Source of the DNA: Octopus sinensis
Taxonomy: Eukaryota
Direction of reading: 5' to 3'
Length of the DNA: 15,494 nucleotides
NCBI RefSeq assembly: GCF_006345805.1
Contig: NW_021825481.1
Coordinates: 1 to 15,494 of the forward strand
Both the position numbers and the translations under genes were made by a program. The notes below the pieces were generated by a model. That model had not been told where the DNA came from, searched no databases, and saw nothing but the letters and a program-made list of their open reading frames with translations. Shown piece after piece: positions 7,750-15,494 of the stretch (position 1 is the first letter of the stretch; every line of letters begins with the position of its first letter).

Positions 7750-8043
7750 ATATATGAATGTGTGTATATATATGTGTGTATGTATATACATATATATATA
7801 TACATATATATATATATTTATGTATATGTATATATATGAATGTGCGTATATATGTGTATATATATATATATATATATAATATGAATGTGTGTATATGTAT
7901 GTATGTATACACATATATGTATGTGTTTATATATATATGAATGTGTGTGTATATATATGAATATATATATGTGTATATATATATATATGAATTTGTGTAT
8001 ATATATATGTGTGTATATATATGAATTTATGTATATATATATG

Positions 8044-8106
<63 letters not shown>

Positions 8107-8530
8107 ATTGTGTGTGTATATATGCAACATTATATGTATGCCTATGTGTTGTGTGTCTATGTGTATATGCATATATATGTGTGTATATATATGTATGTGT
8201 ATGTATGAGCATATATATATTTATGTATGGATGTACATACATACATGTGTGTGTACATATATATGTGTGTGTATGTATGTATATTATATATATGTGTGTG
8301 TGTCCGTGTGTGTTTGTATTGTGAACTGTGACAGAGAAATAGATAAAGATGAACGGATAGATAGACTGCCGGATTGACAGATATATAGACAGATAAACAT
8401 ATAGATGCATACATAATGATACATAGATACACACACACACACACACACTCAAACATACATCAAGCAAATATATTCACTCACATACATGCATTATCTTTTA
8501 CATATACATACATATATACACACACATATT
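7614..8530. repeat. Compound (TA)n/(TG)n/(TATG)n microsatellite
   Basis: Direct reading; source of many spurious ORFs. Confidence 0.97.
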
Positions 8531-8589
8531 ACATCATATGAGTAAGCATTCACATTCTCCAGTACCATCGTTATCATAAACATAATCAA

Positions 8590-8719
8590 CTATCATCATC
8601 ATCACCATCATTGTCTCCACAACCAGCACCACCACCACTACCACTACTGTTATCATCGCCACAACCACTGCTACCACCACCATTATCACCAACTTCATCA
8701 TCATCATCATCATCATCAT

Positions 8720-8751
<32 letters not shown>

Positions 8752-9115
8752 TCACCACCACCACCATCACCATCATCATAATCATCACCACCACCACCAT
8801 CATTATCATCATCATCATCACCACCACCACCATCACCATCATCATAATCATCACCATCACCACCACCATCGCCATCATCATAATCATCACCATCACCACC
8901 ACCATCACCATCATCATAATCATCACCATCACCACCACCATCGCCATCATCATCATGACCATCATCCTCACTATCATCATCATCATCATCACCACCACCA
9001 TCACCATCATAATCATCATCACCATCACCACCACCATCACCATCATCATCATGACCATTATCATCAACAGCACTGTCATCATCATCATCATCATTATCGT
9101 CATCATCATCAATGT
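8590..9115. repeat. (CAT)n/(CAC)n trinucleotide tract with a 36-bp higher-order unit
   Basis: Unit ccatcatcataatcatcaccatcaccaccaccatc(g/a) repeated at about 8830-8950. Confidence 0.95.
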
Positions 9116-9324
9116 AATTAGGTGATTGAATGTGTGTAAAATAATCAGATGGTGATAAACTGAAGTGGAAGCTGAAGTATGTGAGTGGTGGGAGGAGGAG
9201 GAGGCAAGAGGCAGGAGTGGAGCAGTGGCGGTAAGAGGAAAGCTAATAATGCACACACCCACCCAACCACCCACACTTTATAAGTGAGATGTCTCCGTGC
9301 CCTTCCACCTCATGTCTTTAGATT

Positions 9325-9890
9325 GACGGCACCACCACCACCACCACCACCACCACCACCACCACCACCACTACCACCTCTGTCGCCATTGCCACCAGCA
9401 CCATCTGTAATCATCACTGCTACTGCCAACACCAACCCTTTAATGCCACCACCACCACCACCACCACCACCACCACAACCGTGACCACCCCCATGCAAAC
9501 TACTACCACAACCACCACCATCACCACAGCCATCACTGCTACCACCACCAACTACTGCCACTACAGTCAGCGCCACCATCACCTGCTCCACCATGACTGT
9601 CACCACCACTGCTACTACCACCACCACTACTACTATTACCACCACCACTAGAACCACTACTACACCACTACCACCACAACCACCACGACCACGACCACTT
9701 TAGAACAACTACCCCTACCACCACCACTACTACTACTACTATTACTACCCCACCATTACTACTACTATTAGAGCAACTACCACCACCACCGCCACTACTA
9801 CCACTACTCCACTACTACCACAACTACTAGAACACCGACAATCACTATCACCACCACCACCACCACCACCACCGCTACAACAATTGCTTG
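9325..9890 (+). repeat. (ACC)n/(ACT)n low-complexity block
   Basis: Direct reading. Confidence 0.93.
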
Positions 9891-9924
9891 AGAACAATAT
9901 TCTACACATTAATTAGATTGAGAA

Positions 9925-10615
9925 GGTGGTAGTAAGAGGTGGCCATCACTGCAGTGACAATGGTGGTAGCAACAGGAGTGGTGGTGGTGGTTATGTTGCT
10001 GTTGCGGTGGGGCATCAACGGTGATGTCAGATGTTGTACATATAGTGGTGGTGGTGTTGTGGTTGTAGTGGTAGTTGTGATGGTGGGTGAAAGGTGTGGT
10101 GATTGTGATGGTGGTAGTAGTGTTGGTTGTAGCACAAATGGTTGAGGTTGTATTGGTTGAAGGTGGATTTGGGTGTAGTTACTGTGGTAGTAAGAATGGT
10201 ACTTATACTGTCCATCTTGGTTGTAGTGGGATGGTTGAGGCCATGGTTATAGTTGTAGCAGTGGTAGTAGTGGATTGTGGTTGTGGTTGTAGTGGTGGTG
10301 GAGCGTGCTAGTGGTGAAGTGTGGTGGTGGTGAAGTTGTGGTTGTGAAATTGATTGTAGTAGTTATGATGGTGGTGGTAGTGGTGACGGTGATTATGGTG
10401 GTGGTGGTAGTGGTGTTGGTGGTGGTTGTAATGATAATGTTGATGATGGCGACAGTCACCATGGTGGTGGTGATAGTGCTGATCATAGGGTTCATGGTGG
10501 TCACGACAAGAGTGACAGTTGTACAGGTGCCAGTAGTTGTGGTGCTAACAGTGGTGGCAGTGAAGGCTGTTGGAACAGTAGTAGTAGTGTTGGTTATAGT
10601 GGTGTGTGGCTGTTG
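9925..10615 (-). repeat. (GGT)n/(GTA)n low-complexity block, opposite polarity to 9325-9890
   Basis: Direct reading. Confidence 0.9.
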
Positions 10616-11113
10616 AGTAAATTGGTCCCTAATTGTATTTAAGGAACAGATGGCTGTGGTTAAATTCCTAAAACACTCAACCTGCCCTCAGCCACCAAAA
10701 CCTCCCACTGTCCACCCCTTGTAGACAGTGCAACTGCCAATGTTTTTTTTATCCCACCTCACTTCCCATCCATTATACTCCAAACTTACCCTTCCCCCTT
10801 CATGCATCTCCTCCCACTATCCCCCATCCTCTCGATCCACTTCTCCCTCACGCAATAATTTTATAGAAGAGTCAAGATCAAGAGGTTGCCAACACTTTAG
10901 TGTGTCTAGCATACCATATGTGACACTGTGAGGCTACTTTGTTATAGTCATGCTGCTAGCTGCTATGCTATCTCACTGTTGTGGTGGCACTGTGAGACAA
11001 TATCGCTGTACACTTACACTGCTTATATCTGTACATCATCATATAAGTATGCCACCGTATGTCACTGCGAGGGTGCACCATCCTACACTGTCACTCTGCC
11101 ACAACAATGCATA

Positions 11114-11119
<6 letters not shown>

Positions 11120-11160
<41 letters not shown>

Positions 11161-11400
11161 AATAACACCAGTAACAACGGCACCACCGGCACCACAATAC
11201 CGCCATCACCGCAATTACCACTATCACCTCCACCATCATCTTCATCACATCTGCTACCACCACCACCACCACCACTGTTGCAGCCACACCACCACCACTA
11301 TTATTACTCTAATGCCACCACCATATTCACCATCACCAACACCACGTCCCAAACACAACCAACATCACCACCATCACCTTCACCTCCACTACAATTGTTT
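11120..11400. repeat. (TAC)n microsatellite (11120-11161) followed by CAC-rich low complexity
   Basis: Direct reading. Confidence 0.9.
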
Positions 11401-11552
11401 CAACACATTTTTACATTTTAGTACATTGATGAGATGTGTAATAATTTATCATATATCCAGAGTATAAAATGCATCTCCTCAGGTGATTATTTAAATAAGT
11501 CCTTTATTAGATCTCACTGTCATTGTCTAAGAATGCATACAAACATATATAT

Positions 11553-12165
11553 ATCATCATCATCATCATTTAACGTCCGCTTTCCATGCTAGCATGGGTT
11601 GGACGGTTCAACTGGGGTCTGGGGAGCCCGAAGGCTGCACCAGGCCAGTCAGATCTGGCAGTGTTTCTACAGCTGGATGCCCTTCCTAACGCCAACCACT
11701 CCGAGAGTGTAGTGGGTGATTTTATGTGCCACCGACACAGGTGCCAGACGAGGCTGGCGAACGGCCACGCTCGGATGGTGTTTTTTTGTGTGCCACCGAC
11801 ACAGGTGCCAGACGAGGCTGGCAGACGGCCACGCTCGGATGGTGTTTTTATGTGCCACTGACACAGGTGCCATATGAGGCTGGCGAACGGCCACGATCGG
11901 ATGGTGTTTGTTACGTGCCCACAGCACGGAGGCCAGTCGATGCGGTACAGGGTATGGCCACGTTCGGATGGTTTTCTTGTGTGCCACCGGCACTGGTACC
12001 ACAAAGATACAAATTCCATTGATGTTCATCTATTTTGATTTGTTTTGATTTGATTTGATTTTCACTTGCCTCAACAGGTCTTCACAAGTGTCACAAGAAG
12101 GAAGGTATGCACAGGTGGACTGACTACTTCCCAGGTAGGGGCCACGGGTTATGGCCTGACTAGTC
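11553..12165 (-). mobile_element. RTE-like retroelement 3' region with 62-66-bp internal tandem repeats and (TGA)n tail
   Basis: Homologous to 5501-5788. gtgcc repeat starts at 11726, 11790, 11852, 11915 and 11981. Confidence 0.8.
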
Positions 12166-12177
12166 TGAGAAGAAATA

Positions 12178-12378
12178 AGGTACTCAGAAATCTGGATGGT
12201 TTTACATTTACAGATTTTTATTAATATGCCACATGATTTTATAAATCATATATCAGTGCTTGCATCTACTCTAGTAGAATCTTCAGAGTAGATGCAAGCA
12301 CTATATATGATTTATAAAAACATGTGGCATATTAATAAAAATCTGTAAATGTAAAACCATCCAGATTTCTGAGTACCT
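12178..12378. repeat. Foldback: 95/94-bp inverted arms around a 12-nt spacer
   Basis: Arms 12178-12272 and 12285-12378 differ by one substitution and one 1-bp indel. TAA flanks 12179-12377 on both sides. Confidence 0.95.
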
Positions 12379-12426
12379 AATATATAATACCTGTACATCA
12401 CCTCCAAACTTTCTAATACATACATA

Positions 12427-12837
12427 CTCTTTTACTTGTTTCAGTCAGTTGACTGTGGCCATGCTGGAGCACCGCCTTTAGTCAAGCAACTCGACCCCAG
12501 GACTTATTCCTTGTAAGCCCAGTACTTATTCTATCGGTGTCTTTTGCCGAACCGCTAAGTGACGGGGACATAAACACACCAGCATCGGTTGTCAAGCAAT
12601 GCTAGGGAGACAAACACAGACACACAAACATACACGCACACACATAGACACATATATATATACATACATATATACGATGGGCTTCTTTCAGTTTCCGTCT
12701 ACCAAATTCACTCACAAGGCTTTGGTTGGCCCGAGGCCATAGTAGAAGACACTTACCCAAGATGCCACGCAGTGGAACTGAACCCGGAACCATGTGGTTG
12801 GTAAGCAAGCTACTTACCACACAGCCACTCCTGCGCC
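12427..12837 (-). mobile_element. Full-length tRNA-SINE (type A)
   Basis: Reverse complement is colinear with 3565-3966; (TA)n follows at 12838-12862. Confidence 0.93.
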
Positions 12838-13156
12838 TATATATATATATATATATATATATGACTGGTATTTTATACGTATATAGATCTACTGACAGAA
12901 TGGAAACGATTGTTGGTATTGTATAGTGTAATGCTCAATTAAAGATGTGATTTTCACCATTCTTGTGGCTTTATACTCTGAATTTCTTGACATTCTCCTC
13001 AATTCTACTTGTCATTCATGAAAAATTAAAAACATTCAAGTGGAATGTTTATTCCACTTGAATTTATTGGTATCTGCTTGTTGAATATAGTTAACCAAAT
13101 TCGTTTAACATTGGGTGCTTTATAGATATTTGCCTGGATTTATTAATTCTGTTTTA

Positions 13157-13466
13157 CCTATTATGCAGATGTTTATGTAAGTAAAATTATATATTACATT
13201 AGTAATGAAACAATTGTTCAGGGTCAATCTATTTATTCGTTATGTTTCACTTTCCTTCCGTTAAATGTAATGTTATTTCTAGTTGGAAACATCATTTCTG
13301 TGGCTATACTATCGGAGCTATTTTTAGCACTAGAGCTATCCACATAGTGGTAACTCTCTAATAATTTATGTATAAATTTGTATTTTCTCCCTAGTTTTTT
13401 GTGCTAAGCCACTCGGTGTTAAATTAATGGTATTATTAAATTAATATCAATTTTTCACCCTCATTT
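13157..13466 (+). mobile_element. Decayed PLE-like element related to the H5 element, ending at (TA)n 13467-13486
   Basis: Shares tgcagatgttt with H5. GAA-ACAATTGT-T at 13207-13218, no CTGANGA. Tail motif gtgctaagccactcggtg...cacc at 13401-13460. Confidence 0.5.
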
Positions 13467-13486
13467 ATAATATATATATATATATA

Positions 13487-13840
13487 GTCAATAATAAAAA
13501 GGTAAAATTAATTAATTATTTATTAATAATTTCACCAAGTAGTGTTCAGTATGTAAAAGGACCATTCAAGGTATATTTAAAACATTACGTTATATAATTA
13601 GGGTTCAGTAAAATAATTTACTTTACCACACACCGAACTTTTAGAAATAGCAGCCAAAAAATTTAGCTATTTGCTCAACTGTAAGAAGAGTCTCCCAGAC
13701 AATGTATACTCAAAACAATTCACGTAGGCATAGAGGGAAAAATAATGAAAGATCACACGTACATCGATTACTTGAGAACACCGTTTCTGGATTAGTTGGA
13801 TATAGAGTTCAACATTTCCATCATCAGCCCAAGTTTTCTT
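13487..13840 (-). mobile_element. HHR-bearing PLE-like element (H9 family), 3' end at (TA)n
   Basis: Contains HHR 13771-13833; tail copies at 4234-4444 and 14051-14146. The 5' boundary is uncertain and may extend to about 14040. Confidence 0.8.
13771..13833 (-). ncRNA. Type I hammerhead motif (H9), core intact
   Basis: Minus strand: cttggg-CTGATGA-tgga aatgttg...caactaa tcca-GAA-ac ggt gt-T-ctcaag. Stem I 6 bp with one G.U; predicted cleavage between 13777 and 13776 (GUU). Confidence 0.85.
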
Positions 13841-14050
13841 TAGGTTTGGATTTGAGAGCACTAAAAATCGAACATACCCGTCTGATATGAGTAATCCCAG
13901 ACAACCCACCTTTGACCGTCAGTACTAACGAATTCAAAAAGTATGAATGAGGCTTTGTATCCTTCCCCGTCCACCCACGTGAGTTATTGAGCAACAAATT
14001 CCTACAGAGGGATCTGTAGTTTATTATCAGGGAGAGAGAATTATATTGTA

Positions 14051-14146
14051 AATAATAAAAGGGTAAAATTAATTAATTATTAATTAATAATTTTACCAAG
14101 TAGTGTTCAGTATGTAAAAAGACCATTTACGGTATATTTAAAACGT
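14051..14146 (-). mobile_element. Short 3' tail copy of the H9 family
   Basis: Near-identical to 13491-13584 and to the reverse complement of about 4345-4441. Confidence 0.9.
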
Positions 14147-14168
14147 TTTGGCTGATATACCCTCCAGC

Positions 14169-14392
14169 TACTAACCCCAAGATTCCGAGTTCGATTCCAG
14201 GCAGTGACCTGAATAATAATAGTAGTAATCATCATCACCATCATCATCATAATAATAATAATAATGATAATAATAATAAAGTTAAAAAATACCTTTGGAA
14301 TGAGAACCCAGGTTCGAAATTTCTCCAAGGCACCTTATGAAGGCTGGAGGGTTTATCAGCCAAAACGTTGTGTTAACAACAAACAAGATGAG
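14169..14392 (+). mobile_element. Element with tRNA B-box-like head remnant, (AAT/CAT)n spacer and degenerate hammerhead (H10)
   Basis: gagttcgattcc at 14187-14198. HHR-like cac-CTTATGA-A-ggctg..cagcc-AAA-ACGT-T-gtg at 14331-14372. Confidence 0.65.
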
Positions 14393-14444
14393 GAACCATG
14401 TGGTTGGTAAGCATGCTACTTACCACACAGCCACTCCTATGCCT
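14393..14444 (-). mobile_element. tRNA-SINE (type A), 5' head fragment
   Basis: gaaccatgtggttggtaagcatgctacttaccacacagccactcctatgcc matches 12787-12837. Confidence 0.88.
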
Positions 14445-14464
14445 ACACCCACACACATATATAT

Positions 14465-14541
<77 letters not shown>

Positions 14542-14560
14542 TATATGTATATATAATATA

Positions 14561-15433
14561 AGTAACAATATAGGGTGAAATTAATTAATGGAATAATTAT
14601 TAATTACACCAAGTAGATTTCGGCATGTAAAAGCCTCATTTGAGGAAAATTTAAGTAATACTAAGCAATTAAGGGTTTAGCAACGAATTGCCTCACCACA
14701 CACCGAATTTAGAAATAGCAGTCAAAGAGTTATAGCTATTCTTTCTACTACAAGGGAGATCCCAGTAAAAAGACAGCACTTGAAAGGCAAACACAGACAG
14801 GTAAGAGAGAATGAAATGACGGCAATCTATCATACAATTTTAAGTCACCTATGGACGTACGTTTCGAAATTAAGTTTTAGGAAAGAATAAGAATTAGATA
14901 ATTATATCTTACCCAACTTCTTTTCTCATCAGCGTAGGACACTACAATTATGAATAATTGTATATTAAATTTCGAGATACTAGAAGGCATCATCTCAACT
15001 CAGTATCAGAGCGAGCCAAAGCCGTTACAGTATCACCAAATTCAAAGTGTGACATGAAAGTTGTGTGTCACCAGCCCCTTCCCACCTGCGTGTAGCCAAG
15101 ACAAGATGCTGTGGTCATTTACTGGGATGAATATGGTTATCAGTAACATATAGGGTGAAATTAATTAATTTGGAATAATTATTAATTACACCAAGTAGAT
15201 TTCGGCATGTAAAAGCCTCATTCGAGGAAAATTTAAGTAATACTAAGCAATTAAGGGTTTAGCAACGAATTGCCTCACCACACACCGAATTTAGAAATAG
15301 CAGTCAAAGAGTTATAGCTATTCTTTCTACTACAAAGGAGATCTCAGTAAAAACACACCACTTGAAAGGCAAACACAGACAGGTAAGAGAGAATGAAATG
15401 ACGGCAATCTATCATACAATTTTAAGTCACCTA
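14561..15433 (-). mobile_element. Retrozyme-like / PLE-like element: 291-bp direct repeats (14561-14851 and 15142-15433) around an HHR and spacer, 3' end at (TA)n
   Basis: The direct repeats differ at about 7 positions. HHR at 14848-14938; (TA)n at about 14455-14560. Confidence 0.85.
14848..14938 (-). ncRNA. Type I hammerhead motif (H11), canonical core with GUC site
   Basis: Minus strand: cctacg-CTGATGA-gaaa..aagtt...aactt..tttc-GAA-ACGTACGT-C-catagg. G10.1-C11.1 pair; stem I 5/6 paired; predicted cleavage between 14854 and 14853. Confidence 0.92.
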
Positions 15434-15445
15434 CAATTTTTAGTC

Positions 15446-15494
15446 ATGCCTTCTAGTATCTCGAAATTTAATATACAATTATTCATAATTGTAG
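15446..15494 (+). repeat. Inverted copy of the H11 5' leader, running off the window edge
   Basis: Exact 49-bp reverse complement of 14942-14990. Confidence 0.95.

Noticed and set aside
11405-11490. Minus-strand CTGAGGA-gatg...catc
   Set aside because: Stem II is possible, but it is followed by tcaatg instead of GAAA, and there is no stem I.
12886-12920. ctgacag-aatg-GAAACGATTGTT as a decayed hammerhead
   Set aside because: The stem III half resembles 13207-13218, but the core, stem II and stem I cannot be assembled. Too weak to call.
13825-14039. Stop-free minus-strand frame of about 71 codons upstream of H9 as a PLE GIY-YIG or RT remnant
   Set aside because: No GIY-YIG or RT motif is visible. 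No autonomous element is evident anywhere in the window.
1809-14328. All ORFs in the six-frame track, including 8534-9274 (246 aa) and 10928-11467 (179 aa)
   Set aside because: They are translations of microsatellites, low-complexity tracts or SINE/RTE sequence, with no recognisable domain or exon context.

Overview
AT-rich, microsatellite-laden eukaryotic non-coding DNA with no credible protein-coding gene. Every ORF in the track is an artefact of a simple repeat or an interspersed repeat. The tRNA-headed SINEs with internal (TA)n(GT)n look like those I recall from Octopus, so an octopus origin is likely (unverified inference). Contents: a 149-bp tandem array (about 11 units) at the left end; many nested tRNA-derived SINE pieces; two RTE-like 3' tails with about 63-bp internal repeats; long di- and trinucleotide tracts; and a 95-bp-arm foldback. 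The main hidden signal, found by reading both strands by hand, is a cluster of type I hammerhead ribozyme (HHR) motifs. Five have intact core nucleotides (2255-2292, 2435-2469, 6047-6121, 13771-13833, 14848-14938); the others are point-mutated or partial. Most have a palindromic stem III. They lie in short non-autonomous elements that usually end at (TA)n tracts, and several share a 3' GGT..ACC AT-rich hairpin. This fits Penelope-like element (PLE) termini or non-LTR retrozymes. At the right end a roughly 582-bp unit is present about 1.5 times, starts within 2 nt of the HHR cleavage site, and is followed by an inverted copy of the HHR leader. The class is known, but ribozyme activity and family identity here are untested.
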